From assembly GCA_976551045.1 (NCBI GenBank), contig CDPCPM010000059.1:6386001-6450000 (forward strand): a stretch of 64,000 nucleotides of DNA. Direction: 5' to 3'. The notes beneath the pieces were generated by a model. It was not told where the DNA came from, did not search any database, and was given only the letters and a program-made list of their open reading frames with translations. This DNA is from Glaucostegus cemiculus (Eukaryota). Shown here one piece after another: positions 12,470-25,205 of the stretch (position 1 is its first letter; each line of letters opens with the position of its first letter). The position numbers were made by a program, and so were the translations under genes.

Positions 12470-13120
12470 AACATAAGAACATAAGAATTAGGAGCAGGAG
12501 TAGGTCTTCTTTGCCTTCAGGGCTCTTTCATCATTTATAAAGACCTTAGTGGATCTTGTACATCAGCACCATTTTCCTGCACTTTCCCTACTTTTCTTGA
12601 ATCCTTTAATATCCAGGTCGATCAGTCTCTGTTTTCAGATAACTTAATGACTGAGCTTCCACTGCACTTCAGGCTAGTGAATTCCTAAGATTTTGTAATA
12701 AGTTTCTCCTCATTTTAGTCCTAAATGGCCAACTACTTATGCAGAAGAGAGATACAGGGGAGTGCAGATGCTGGAATCTGGAGTAACAAACAATCTGCTG
12801 GAAGAACTCAGCGTGTCAAGCAGCATCTATAGGAGAAAAAGAATTATCAATGTTTCGAGTCGGATCCCTGATTTTGCTTAACTCACTGAGTTGTTCCAGC
12901 AGATTGATTGTAGCTTTACTTATTCAGAAACTGTGCCCCCTGGTAATAGACTCCTCAGCTTCCCTGTATCTATTCTGTTGAGTCCTGTAAGAGTTTTACT
13001 AGTTTCAGTATGATAACCTCTTATTCATTTAAACTCTAGAGAATAGCCTAGTCTTCTCAACCTCTCCTCATTCGGAAACCTGCAATTTCAGGAGCAAGTC
13101 TGGTGAATATTCTTTGTACA
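12470..13120 (-). mobile_element. Decayed CR1 3' end, interrupted at 12747-12916
   Basis: Begins aacataagaacataagaattaggagcaggagtagg, the reverse complement of the CR1 tail. Confidence 0.7.
12747..12916. mobile_element. Miniature Penelope-derived fold-back insertion
   Basis: aatctgctggaagaactcag ... ctgagttgttccagcagatt are inverted. Flanked by tacttatgcagaa / tacttattcagaa, a 13-bp TSD with 1 mismatch. Confidence 0.7.
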
Positions 13121-13155
13121 ACTCATAGAGTCACGGAGTCGTAGAGTTATATAGC

Positions 13156-13745
13156 ATGGAATTCTGGTTGCCCCATTATAGGAAGGTTGTGGAGGCTTTG
13201 GAGAAAGTGCAGGAGAGGTTGACCAGAATGTTGCCTGGATTAGATGCCATGTGCTATAAAGAGAGGTTGGACAAGCTTGGGTTGTTCCCTCCGATTATGA
13301 GAGGCATAGAAAGAGTAGACAGCCGGTATCTTTTTCCAAGAGTCAAAATATCTGTGTCAGTTTGTCTCTTCTGCTTGTTATTTAATGTGACGTGCACCTG
13401 TGGAGGATGGTATCTCGCTCCTATGCATACTGTGTGTGTGTATATGGTTGTGACAATAAAATGATTCTGATTCAGAGGGCATGCATTTGAGGTGAGAGGC
13501 AGAAAGTCAGAAAGTTCAAAGATGATGTGCAGGGCAAAGTTTTTACACGGGGTGATAGTGGAGGTAAATACGATAGAGACGTTTAAAAGGCTCTTTGATA
13601 TGCACATGAATGCACAGGAACTGGAAGGTTATGGACCTTGTGTAGGCAGAGGGATTAGTTCAGTAAGGCGCTTAATTACAAGTTTAATAGGTTGGCACAA
13701 CATTGTGGACCGAAGTGCCTATTCCTGTGCTATACTGTTCTACGT
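13156..13745 (+). mobile_element. CR1 3' fragment with a nested Rex1/Babar (CTGATT)n tail at ~13350-13473
   Basis: FWLPHYRKVVEALEKVQERLTRMLPGL. The insert ends gtgacaataaaatgattctgattc. Confidence 0.8.
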
Positions 13746-14448
13746 TTGACATCTTTGAATTTTTTCCTCTATCCCCCTGGCAATCTCTTCCCACGGCAGA
13801 GCTCAGAACAGAATGTCTGTCTTGGGAATCTGGTGTCAAATTTACACTGCCTGTCCGATGTAGCTCAATGAGTGTTACTAGAATTGCAATGCTTGGTGAT
13901 GTTGGTCTGGGAGATGATACTGACATGTCAGTGTCAAGGTTCACAAAATAAAAAGCGAGACAGATAAAGAACAGCTCTTTCCACATGCTTTCAAGCTCTT
14001 TGTCAGAATTCCTTTGACTCTGATCTCTGTGACCTCAGCATTAATGCACTGACTAATAGCATTCTTTGTATAGAAATAGGCATGGATAACTATTATAATG
14101 ATATTTGCAATCATTTACTGCCTTCTGATATTTCATGCTCATGTTGCAACACATTACAAGAATTAAAATCCTCTTCTTCCTAGATGGAAGCTGGTACCTG
14201 TGGTGAGAGACGATTCACTTTGTTATATTACCTGGTGATTGAACTTGGAAGAACCATAAAATGTGACAGTGAAGTGAATTTTATAAAGTCAATCTCCCCG
14301 TGCAGAGCTTCAGTAAAGGGAGTATATGTTGGGAATTTGGATCCTGGATAGCATTTCTTTTCATAATTCTGCAAGTTAGCATTAGGAGAAAGGTTAATTT
14401 GCAGTTGGGACTTAGAGAGAGATTTGGAGTAGGAGCTTTGAAAAGAGG

Positions 14449-15155
14449 TCAGAATCAGAATCAGNNNNNNNNNNNNNNNNNNNNNNNNNNNNNNNNNNNN
14501 NNNNNNNNNNNNNNNNNNNNNNNNNNNNNNNNNNNNNNNNNNNNNNNNNNNNNNNNNNNNNNNNNNNNNNNNNNNNNNNNNNNNNNNNNNNNNNNNNNAC
14601 CGTCCTCCACAGGTGCACATCACATTAAATATTAAACAGAAGAGACACACAGACACACACTGAAAAAGAACATTAAAACCACAAAAATTAAGTTAAGTTC
14701 TGCAGCTTAAATAAATAGTTTTAAAATGAGCTAAATAGTTTCAAAATGAGCGAACTGGCGGCGGACATTTAAAGTGCTGGTGTGTTACTGAGCGTCTAGC
14801 ATCCTTTAGTGTTGGCAGGATAGATGGAGGAATGAGAGAGTTCACTGATCTGATGGCTTGTGGGAAGAAGCTATTACACAGCCTGGTCGTTCTCGCCTTG
14901 ATGCATTTGAGCCTTCTTCCCGACAGCAAGAGTGTGAAGAGATGATGGGAGGGGTGAGAAGGATCCGACATTATATTTTTGGCCTTCCTAACACATCGGT
15001 CCTTGTATATGTCAGCGATGGAGGGAAGATAGACACCAATGATCTTGTCCGCTGCCCTCACTATCCTCTGGAGGGACTTCCATCCAGCAGCTGAGCAGCT
15101 CCCGAACCAGACAGTGATACATTGAGTTAGGATGCTCTCGATAGTCTCTCTATAA
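14449..15155 (-). mobile_element. Rex1/Babar LINE 3' fragment (RT C-terminal DUF1891-like region)
   Basis: ORF 14741..15202: YRETIESILTQCITVWFG...DPSHPSHHLFTLLLSGRR...RTTRLCNSFFPQAIR, with a (CTGATT)n tail. Confidence 0.85.
14465..14598. other. Assembly gap (run of N)
   Basis: 134 consecutive N. Confidence 0.99.
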
Positions 15156-15677
15156 AGTGAGTCTCTGTGCTTGTGAGTTTTACCTTGCAAGAGTCTAAAC
15201 AAGGCACATTTTCAAATTGTTAATAGTTGATTGGCTAATTAACAGCAGCCAATAAAAAAGAAGGTAGGGTCAAGCATTGTTGGAGTGGGAGACTGAGGTT
15301 TTGATGGGAAGAGGCTGAGTAAGTGGTTTAGGTGAGCAGCTCTTTTTAATAAAAAGGTTTCAGTTAGAAAGAGTTTTGGGAATGAGAGTGGGAGAACTGA
15401 AAAAGAGGTGAGTCTCCTTGCTTGTGAGTTTCATTTGTGGGAATTTAGGAGGTAAGTCAGTTAATTGTTAGTTAATAAGTGATTGGCTAATTATCAGCAG
15501 CTAAAAAAAAAAGAAGTTAGGGTCAAGTGGAGTGGCCACTTTGAGAGGGGGCTGCTGTCTAGTCAAAGTGCTACTGGTTGCCCAAGTGTGGGCTTTGCTG
15601 AGGAGGGTGAGCAATACTAAGGTAAGGTGAGGAAGGTTCTTATTCTACTTTTTATTTTTCCCTCAAAGCTTTTAGTC

Positions 15678-16545
15678 ATGGCAGCTGAACTCAGACCTGT
15701 ATCATTCTCCTCCTGTGCAATGTGGGAACTTGGGAAGGCTGCCAGTGTCCCTGATAACTATGTTGTGCAGGAAGTGTGTCCAGCTGCCGCTCCTGACAGA
15801 CCGCGTGATGGCACTGGAGCTGCGCGTGGATCCACTTTGGAGCATCTGCGATGCTGAGAATGTCGTGGACAGCTCGTTTAGTGAGTTGGCAACATCGCAG
15901 TTTAAAGGCCTAGGGAACGGGTGACCAACAGGCAAACCAATAGCAGGAAGGTATTGCAGGAGTCCCCTGCAGTCATTTCCCTCCAAATCAGGCAGCAGTA
16001 GCCAGGATCATGGCACTGTGAGTGGCTCTGCTGCACAGGAGGGCAGGGAAAAGAGTGGCAGAGCTGTAATAGTAGAGGATTCCATGGAACAGTGAATATA
16101 TAGGAGTTCCTGTGGCTGCAAACTGAACTCCTGGTTGCTGTGTTGCCTCCTGGTTGCAAGGGTCAGGGAAGTCTCAGAGTGTCTTGCAGGGCATTCTGGA
16201 AGGAGGGTGAACAGCATGTAGGTACCATCGATATGGGGAAAAAAGTGGGATGAGAGCCAACACACTGAATTTAGGAGTGAGACTAAAAAGTAGGACCTCA
16301 AAGGTAATAACCTCAGGATTACTGCCTGTGCCACGTACTAGTCAAAGTAGGAATAGCAGAATAGTTAAGACGAATATGTGACTTGAGCAGTGGTGCAGGA
16401 GGGAGGGTTTCCGATTTCTGTGGCATTGGAACTGGTTCTGGGGGAGGTGGGATCAGTACAAACTGGACAGTCTACACCTGGGCAGGACTGGGATCAATGT
16501 CCTTGGGGGATAGTTTGCTAATGCTGTTGGGGAGAGTTTAAATTA
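15678..16545 (+). pseudogene. CR1 ORF1 (Cys motif, coiled coil, SGNH-esterase-like domain), frameshifted
   Basis: SSCAMWE / CRKCVQLPLLTDRVMALE; CCLLVARV region; LKSRTSKVITSGLLPVPR; QWCRREGFRFLWHWNWFWGRWDQYKLDSLHL. Confidence 0.75.
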
Positions 16546-16689
16546 TCATGGCAGGGGATGGGAATCTGTGCAGAAAGACAGAGGGAAGCAAAGCAGAAAG
16601 CAGAGCAAAAAGTAGAAAAGAGAAAAAGAAGAGTGGCATACAGAAAAGTCAAACGCAAAAGACACAAGTTACTAGATTCTAAAAGGACA

Positions 16690-19395
16690 ATGAGTGTAAG
16701 GGTAGTTCATCTGAATGTCTGTAGTATTTGAAACTAGGTCAGTGACCTTGTGGCATAAATCAGTACAAAAGGGTATGATTTAGTGGCCATGACAGAATCG
16801 TGGTTGCAGGGTGGAGATAATTGGGAATTAAATATCCAAGGGTATCGGGTCCTATGGAAGGATAGGCAGGAAAGATAAGTGAGGTGGGGTGGAGCTCTTA
16901 GTTAAGAATGAGATCAAGGTGATAGTGAGAGACAATATAAGATCTAAGGAGCAGAATGTTGAGTCCATTTGGGTAGAGATTAGGACTAGTAAAGGGAAAA
17001 AGGTCACTGGTGGGAGTTTTCTATAGGCCATCGAATACTAGCATTTGTGGCACAGACAATAGACCAAGAAATGTTTGATGCATGTAAGAATGGAATGGCA
17101 GTTGTCATGGGGGACTTTAACTTGCACATAGATTGGGTGAATCAAGTTGGTTAAGGCAATTTTGAGGAGGACTTCATAGAATTCATCCATCATAACTTTG
17201 TTAGTGAACCTACCAGGGAAAATGCTATCTGAGATCTGGTCCTGTGTAATGAGACAGGTAAAATGAATGGTCTTTGTAGTTGGGGATCCTCTTGAAAAGA
17301 TTGATCATAGTATGATTGAATTTCTCATACAAATGAAGGGTGTAATAGTTCCATCTAAAACCCAGTGTTATGCTTAAACAAGGGAGACTACAATGGGATG
17401 AAAGAGAAGTTGGCTAGTGTAGACTGAGAACACAGGCTATATGTTGGGACAGTTGACAAACAGTGGAAGACTTTCAAAGATTTTTTCAGTGCTTGACAGT
17501 ATATTCCAGTCAAAAGCAAGGACAGTAAGGGTAGAGAGAGCCAGCCTTGGATAACTAAGGAAATAAAGGAAGGTATCAGGATAAAAGCTCATGCATACAA
17601 TGTTGCTAAGAGTAGTAGGAAACTGGAAGGTTGGGAAAACTTTAAAAAGCAAGCAAGAACCACTAAGCAAACAATAAGGAAATGGAAGATAGATTAGGAA
17701 GGTAAATTAGAACAAAATATAAAAACAGTAGAAGTTTTAATAATTATATAAAGCATAAAAGGGTGACTAAAGTTAACGTAGGTCCCTTGGAAGATGAGAA
17801 GGGGGAATTAATATTGGGTAATGTGGAAGCCTTGAACAACTATTTTGTGTCAGTCTTCATGGTGGAGGACACATCTAACATGCCAAAGAGAGATGTTATG
17901 GATGCGATGGGAGGTGAGGACTTCAATACAATCTCTGTCACTAAAGAGGTGATGATGAGCAAACTAGTGGGTCTAACAGTAGACAAGTCCCCTGGTCCTG
18001 ATGGGATGCTGGGGTACTAAAAGAAATGGCAGCGGTTATAGTAGAGGCTTTGTGATAATTTACTAAAATTCTCTGGTCCTGGCAGATTGGAAGACAGCAA
18101 ATGTCATGCCACCATTTTTTTTTAAAAAAAGGATTATGTAGGCAAAAGGCAGGTAACTATAGGCCAGTTAGCTTAATGTATGTTGTTGAGAAAATGCTTG
18201 AAGCTGTCATTAAGGAAGAAATAGCGAGACATCTGGATAGAAATGGTTCCATCGGGCAGATGCAGCATGGAAGGGCAGGTCCTGTTTGACAAACTTACTG
18301 GAGTTATTTAAGGATATAATGAGCGCATTAGATAGCAGGGAACAGGTGGATGTTGTGTACTTGGATTTCCATTGATAAGGTGCTGTCCATAAGATAGGGA
18401 TGCACGGAGTTGGGGGTAATGTATTAGCATAGATAGAGGACTGGTTAACCAACAGAAGGCAAGAGTTGGGATAAATGGGTGTTTCTCTGGTTGACAGTCA
18501 GTGGTGAGTAGGGTGCCACGGGGGTCGGTGCTGGGCCCGCAATTGTTCATGATATACATTAACGATTTGAAAGAGGGGACTGAGTGTAGTGTATTTAAGT
18601 TTGTGGATGACACTAAATTGAGTGGAAAAGCAAATTGTACAGAGGATGCAGAGAGATATAGATAAGTTAAGTGAGTGGGCAAGGGTCTGGGAGATGGAGT
18701 ACACTTGGTAAATGCAAGGTCATCCAGTTTGGAAGGAAAAATAAAAGATCAGATAATTAAATGGTGAAAAATTGCAGCATGCCATTGTGCAGAGGGACTA
18801 GGGAGTGCTTGTACATGAATTGCAAAAGGTTGGTTTGCAGGTGCAACAGGTTATCAAGAAGGCAAATGGAATGTTGGCCTTCATTGTTATAGGGATTGAA
18901 TTTAAGAGCAGGGAGGTTCTGCTGCAACTATAGAAGGTACTGGTGAGGCTGCACCTGGAGTACTGCATGCAGTTCTGGTCTCCTTACTTAAGGAAAGATA
19001 GACTGGCTTTGGAGGTGGTGCAGAGGTTGTTCACCAGCTTCATTCTGGAGATGAGGAGTTTAGGCTATGAAGAGTTTGAGTTGCCTGGGACTATACTTGT
19101 TGGAATTCAGAAGAATGAGAGGGGATCTTAGAAACATAACATTATGGAAGGGATAGGGGGAAAAAAAGATAGAGGCAGGTAGATTGTTTCCATTGGTAGA
19201 TGAGATCAGAACTAGGGGACATAGCCTCAAGATTTGGGGGTGTAGATTTAGGGCAGAGATGAGGAGAAACTGCTTTTCTCAGAGTAGTGAATCTGTGGAA
19301 TTCTCTATCTAGGGAAGCAGTAGAGGCTACCTCATTAAATATATTTAAGAGACAGTTAGACTTTTGCATGGTAGGGGAATTGAGGGTTATGAGGA
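16690..19395 (+). pseudogene. CR1 ORF2 (APE endonuclease plus reverse transcriptase), many stops and frameshifts
   Basis: DLVAMTESW; VVMGDFN; DKSPGPDG; AGNYRPVSL; KFVDDTKL; RLHLEYCMQFWSPYLRKD; LWNSL. Confidence 0.9.
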
Positions 19396-19859
19396 AAAGG
19401 CAGGTAGGTGGATCTGAGTCCACAGCCAGATCAGTCACTGAATGGCAGAGCAGGCTCGATGGGCCAGATGGCCTACTCCTGCTCCTATTTCTTATACTCT
19501 TATGTTCTTGTGATTCTGAGCCCAAGTTGCCCTTCGTCAGCTGTTGTAAAATGCAAAGACAATGGACTTCTATTGTTTTTCTAGCTGTGTTTGGTTTCTG
19601 TATTTATTCCACATGTTCTGAAGAGATTTTATATTTGCACTGATGGTAGGACAGGTTTGTCATTGTACCCAAAGTATAATCTTAATATAGCTTGCCGTTC
19701 TCAATGGCATGAGATGAGCCTTAAATACCGTCCTTGCCATCATTGCCCACTTCCCTTGATCAAATAATGAAAAACAAAACAAACCTTCCTGTAACTTGTC
19801 TTTAACTTTACTTTCTTAAGATTTAGTGTCAAAAAGGATTGCTACCATCTGAGTCATGC

Positions 19860-20180
19860 CCTATACTTGCTCCTATCGTCAGGCAGGAGATACAGAAGAC
19901 TGAAGTCTCACCATCAGGTTCAAGAACAGAACAGCTACTTTCCTACAATCATCAGATTCTTGAACCAACCTGCTCAAACCTAATCCTACCTTAGCAATGC
20001 AACACCTCTTGCACTAGTGTGGACTTGTCTCTGATTGTTTTTTCTCTTTTGCACGCTTCCTTTCTTCACTATCTTGTATAATTTGTTCTGTGTTGTCTGA
20101 GCCAATGTTGCTGCTGCAAGTTTTTCATTGTACCTGTGCCTCACTGTATTTATGGATATGACAATAAGCTTGACTTGCAC
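19860..20180 (+). mobile_element. Rex1/Babar 3' end with GACTT-type tail
   Basis: tcaggcaggagatacagaagactg (SGRRYRRL)...aacagctactttcct...tgacaataagcttgacttg. Confidence 0.7.
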
Positions 20181-20649
20181 ATGGCCTATAAACTGCATGC
20201 TTTGCCCATTATAATGAACAGGCTACAACAACTGTACATTAGTCCTGCTCCCAGGTGAAAAGCTCTCTGGGAGCAATGATAACCTCACTAGTGCAGGCTT
20301 GTGTGTATTTTATTTGAATATTTGCCATGCTAACATTGTGACAACTTTTAAATAACCTCCTGCAGCAGATGATAGTGTTCTCCTGTTAAGGAAAGGATGT
20401 GAAATTGTCATCAGTGGTTAAGATTAGGACTGCATGATCACTTAAGCAAAGGATTTAAATTGAAGTCATGGGTATTCTATCTTCTGATTCCTCGAGCATA
20501 TTTTAGAAGATGTGTATGGTTGTGGAATAGTTATGTGAAATGGGAAGGCTTTTATCCTAGGATTTAGAAAATGTTGCCACAGATGAGCTGTCTGCATCAT
20601 TGAGGGCAGATTGTTAAATCTAAATATTGACCATTGAAAGGAGAAATTA

Positions 20650-20940
20650 AAATCTGAAATAATAACAGAATACTGAGGATACTTGCAGGTCAAGCAGCGT
20701 TAATGGTGAGAGAAACAGTCAATGGTTCTTCATCACAACTGGAAATGTGTGAAAACAAGTGTGCCTTGAGTTGCAGAGAGAAGTGGGCAGAACAGAGAAT
20801 GGGATGGAGATTAAGGTTTTCCCAGGTGCCATCCAAGAGTGGGAAAGAAATGATTGTCAATCATAGACTGTCTGTAGGAATATAAATAGAGGAAAGTGAA
20901 TAATGGTGGCTGGAGAGAGGAAAAGAAAACGTGATGGAAC
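20650..20940 (-). mobile_element. Old Penelope pseudo-LTR remnant
   Basis: aaatctgaaataataacagaatactg...ggtcaagcagc...ttcatcacaactgg. Confidence 0.5.
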
Positions 20941-23452
20941 TGTGATTGCACTCTCCCCTTCCTTCCACCCACTAATTTCCCAGCCGGAATGCTCCTGTAT
21001 TATCTCTCAACACCCAGCAATCCCCATTCTCAACCACCCTTGAATGCACCCACCCCAAGTTAACAGCTCTCGTTAGCAGAAGCGCTGTTCTGTTTCTTAA
21101 CAGCATGCCCTCAAATAAAATACAGAAAGCTCCCTACACTGTGGTTCTTTAACTTGTCTTTGCAAATACCAATAAAATCCTAGGCATCAGCATTCAGATG
21201 TTCCTAGTACTAAGCTTAGAATAATTCACTACCTGATGTGCTTTCTTGATACTCAGAAAACTAATGAACTTGCCTGGAACTGTGTGCTGATTTGGGTCCA
21301 ATGTCAAACTATCAGCACAAGTGTAAAATCTCTTCATGATATGTGGAATAAATGCAGAAACTAGACAATCTAGAGCTAAAACAATGAAAATCTATTGCCT
21401 TTCACTCTGCATTAAGAAATTTTGAAACGGGAAAAGGCCATTCATGGTTCAATCAGTTCATCTGTATTGTAACTTTTTCAGTAAAGCTTAATATCTTTAG
21501 ATTTTTTATTGGTTTGAAAACTTTAATCTATCAGATGAAAAAATAACAGATTTTCAGTACAGTTTGTATGTAGTTCCTGACATCACTGAATCACTTCTCT
21601 TTAATTTTAAGGTTGTTCTCTATCACTCACTTGAGTAAATATTTTCCCTTTCCTTCCTCATCAAACTATACAGCTCTCTGTTAACACAGTGACAACTAAT
21701 AGTTACTGAACAATAAAATTACAAACCCACTATCTTCTGTGCCTTTGTACCCGAGGACCATGTGTATTTCATTTCTTAATTCTGCAAGTCAGCATTAGGA
21801 GAGATTATTTCTATTCTATGAGCCCAGGTTTCACTTAACTGCTGTTGAAATGGAGCAAAGACAATATGCCAGCTGTTTCTTTCCCTAACAGATGTCTGTA
21901 GGGATTCATCTAGACAAGCATACACCTGGTAAATCAGTGCAAAACACCCTACAAGCCATAATTCATTTGCATTATATTTATTTGGATTGCTGAGATTTAA
22001 ATTAAAGCCATTGAATCAATGCCTGCATTCCCTGGGTCAATGCACCACTTTGCTGTCTTCACATGAGAGAGCAAAATATATATATACACACACTGTTGAG
22101 CTTCTTACTAGAGATGCAAAATGAAGAGGTTTTCCATCATTGCATAAGTAGCTCATGCATTTTCCATGATAACTGTAGCAAAGACCAGTTGTTGCTAATA
22201 GATTGTTGTGTTACATGCTGGAAGTGTTTGTTTCATGATGTTTGTCACTTAACTCCATGATTTCAAAGGCTCTCAGGTAAAAACAATGCAGGCACTTTAA
22301 TGATTGTTCTTCATGTTGCTTCTGGAGATCCCCACCACAGTCTCACTGAATCACATTCATTCACTTTGTACAGTGGAATAATAGAAGGGGGGAGGAAAAT
22401 AAGAACAGGAAGGAGTGGAGTAATAGACCCATAGAGACACCTGAAGAAGAATGGAAACACAGCAAAAGTAAAAGGAATAGGAAAATGTGAGAAAACAAAA
22501 GACAAAGTAAAGAAGAGACCTTGGAACAATGAAAAATAAAAAAAAATACAAAGAGCTGTTAGGTCACAATGCATTTAAAAGCTGTGCATTTAATTAGAAT
22601 CATACTATAATTTATGCTTCCACTGATTTTTGACTCGCTAGTTTCAAAAAAGGAAAATACTCCATTTGCCTTACTGTTATCCATCACATCAATAAGTTAT
22701 TCATTGAAAGGAGTAGTTTATGAATCATTAAATTGCACTGAGATGCACGAGACCAGTGATGATGGGACATTATCCAAGAAATAAGGAAGCTGAGCAGCCT
22801 CAAATGAAGAACATTTTTGTTTCCCCTTTGTAATGTGGTGCAATTCCATGTACTATTGTCCATGGAGATTGTGAGGAAAAATAATCTGCTTTGGTAAGGC
22901 AATTGAAGCAGAACAGGTTTAAAGCGCGAGACATGTAATTCATTTTAAATTACTCTGGTAAAGAGTTTGTTTAAATACAATGGGAAGAATGACTTGCTCC
23001 TAAACTATAAATTCCTATGATTCCATAGTTATTATGTAGAGGTATGTAATGAATTTCATTAGTTCCTAAGCTAGGCCATTTCTGAACAAACAAAGGCTTT
23101 TTTTAAAATAAAGTTACATATACTTTGGCCAATTTTTCAAGGTTATAGATTATTCACATTCAGGAAGGCCATGGCAATTATTGGGCAATGATATTTACAA
23201 AGCTAGAGCGGTTCTAAATCTGGAATGTTATATATTTTAGACAGTAATTTTCTCATTGATAAGAATTGAAAGAACGTAGACACTATTTATTGAAAAGTTG
23301 TTTGCAAAGGAATAGATAGTGACCTTTTGTTGTTTTCCTTTTAAGCGGCTAGATTGAAGGATTTCTACAGCAAATATTGAATTAAATTAATTATGTCACT
23401 TATTTACTGCTTCATCAATTATACAAGGTTTGTTTAATAGTTAACTTGAAAG

Positions 23453-23525
23453 TAGTCTGATTTTGATGCTTTACTGCACATTCACGGTACCTTTGAATGT
23501 GCAGTAAAGCATCAAAATTAGACTA
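23453..23525. repeat. Near-perfect inverted repeat (hairpin)
   Basis: tagtctgattttgatgctttactgcacattca-cggtacctt-tgaatgtgcagtaaagcatcaaaattagacta: 32-bp arms with one G.T mismatch. Confidence 0.92.
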
Positions 23526-23849
23526 TTTTAACTTTAAAATTTATTTTGAAAGCAAAAGATCACTCTAGTGGATAAAGTGGTTAATAAGATGTTGTTCTGC
23601 TCACATTAGCTAAAAGCTGCCTTTGGAAGCACCCTGACAGCCTACAGTGAAAGAAAAATGGAAAAGGTGATTGAGCAGCCTTGGCTCCAGTAAAAAAAAT
23701 TGTTTATTTCCTTAGTACGATGGCATGCCAAGATCATCCATCCTTTCTGAGAGACTGGAATCAGAGGGGGAGAAATGAATGCTACCTGTGATGGGATAAA
23801 GCTGAGCTTTATGGGGTTCAGTGAGCATAAACACCACAACAGTTTCACC

Positions 23850-24010
23850 AAGTCATACCCTGCTTTGGAAATACATTGCCATTCCTTCATCATTTGGTCC
23901 AAATTCTGGAACCTCTACCCAGAATAACTGCAGTGATTCATGAAGGCAGCTCAAGGGCAATAAATGATGTGGAATAGAGACGTCAGCCTTGCCAACATTG
24001 ACCAGATCCC
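23850..24010 (+). mobile_element. Ancient LINE/SINE 3' tail (family of 30455-30700 and 27770-27910)
   Basis: ttccttcatcatttggtccaaattctggaac...gaaggcagctcaagggcaataaatg. Confidence 0.55.
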
Positions 24011-24629
24011 ACCCTCTGTAATTGTGACATTTTATTCTGCATTCAGTTGTTGCTTTTCCCCTGTACTACCTCGAATTTACTGATGTAATGAAATGCATGG
24101 ATAGTATGCAAAACAAAATTTTTCGCTGCACCTCAGTACATGTAACAATAATAAACCAATGTACCAATTTACCAAAAAGAAATTACAAGGCTTTGTCTTC
24201 AGGACTGAAGGATGTTCTGGAGCCTGCTACGTTGTCTTCACTCCGTAGTGCTAACCAATCAAGGACTCCACTGGGAGAGTGTAGAACAGATGGAGATCAG
24301 CTCAGTTATAACAGTATGAAGGAATGACTCTATTGTACTCATCAGACAAGACAAGAAAGTAATTTGGCAAAAGAAAAGAGGCACATGATTATTCCAGGAG
24401 GTAAAATAATTACTCAAAGGAGTATTATTCCCATTATCTTTGGCATATTATTCAAAGCTAACCTTTAGAGAAAGACGACTGAAAATACTTAGCTCCATTA
24501 GAAATGTTTCTTACCTAATGAAGATGGCATGCCAAGATCAACTATTTTTCAAACAGAAATGAATGAACACAGTAGATTAAAGAGAGCTCAGTGGGAAAAT
24601 GTTTTAAGCTGTTTATGGTTGTATTACGT

Positions 24630-25205
24630 GCAGAGTTGTTGGTAGAAATGTTGTGAGGTTGGAAGAAATATTGTGACCAGAGGAACATATCAATGGGGTA
24701 CAAGAGTCATACATACAGAGAGCCGAGGGATAGGCATTTTGAGGGACACCAGGACATTGTACATAAGGAGCTGAGAGCAGATGTAAATTGGATTCAGAGG
24801 TTATGTCATATATAGGAATCTGGAGGATAGACATAATGAAGCACGGACACAGAGATGGGGATGAGAGACACCAAATCATTTGGAAGTTGTATTCTATATG
24901 GAGAGCAGGCTGGCTGAGGAGTAATATTATACACTGGAATCGGGGAGAGACGCGTTGGAGGATTCAGATATAATATTACATTCAGAGAGAGGATATGCAG
25001 AAGCTTGGGGAAAGTATTTGGAGATTATGTTATATAGAAAGGGTTAGGGAGAGACACTGACAGGTTTGGGGGTCATATGTGAAGAAGAGCACCTTGAGGA
25101 GTTCTGAGATTATCTTAACAGAGAGCTGAAGGAGAGGTGTATTGAGTATTCAGGAGTTGTATGGTATACAGAATGGTTGGGAAGAGGAATTCAAGTGTTG
25201 CACAC
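24630..25205 (+). repeat. Highly decayed ~45-bp minisatellite
   Basis: Recurring gagagctgagggagagacac..ggaggattcagrggttatattatacac-like units. Confidence 0.5.

Larger units (their letters stand above)
15157..19511 (+). mobile_element. Near-full-length, disrupted CR1-clade LINE
   Basis: Duplicated 5' UTR, ORF1 and ORF2 (APE endonuclease plus RT) remnants, and a 3' tail ctcctgctcctatttcttatactcttatgttctt. Confidence 0.92.

Noticed and set aside
14184-14202. Possible 19-nt plus-strand exon (cttcctag|...|gtgaga)
   Set aside because: Frame-shifting length and no other support; compatible with chance.
20246-20273. Small hairpin gctcccag...ctgggagc (also atggttacc...ggtaaccat at ~3102-3127)
   Set aside because: Stems of 8-9 bp are expected by chance in 64 kb.
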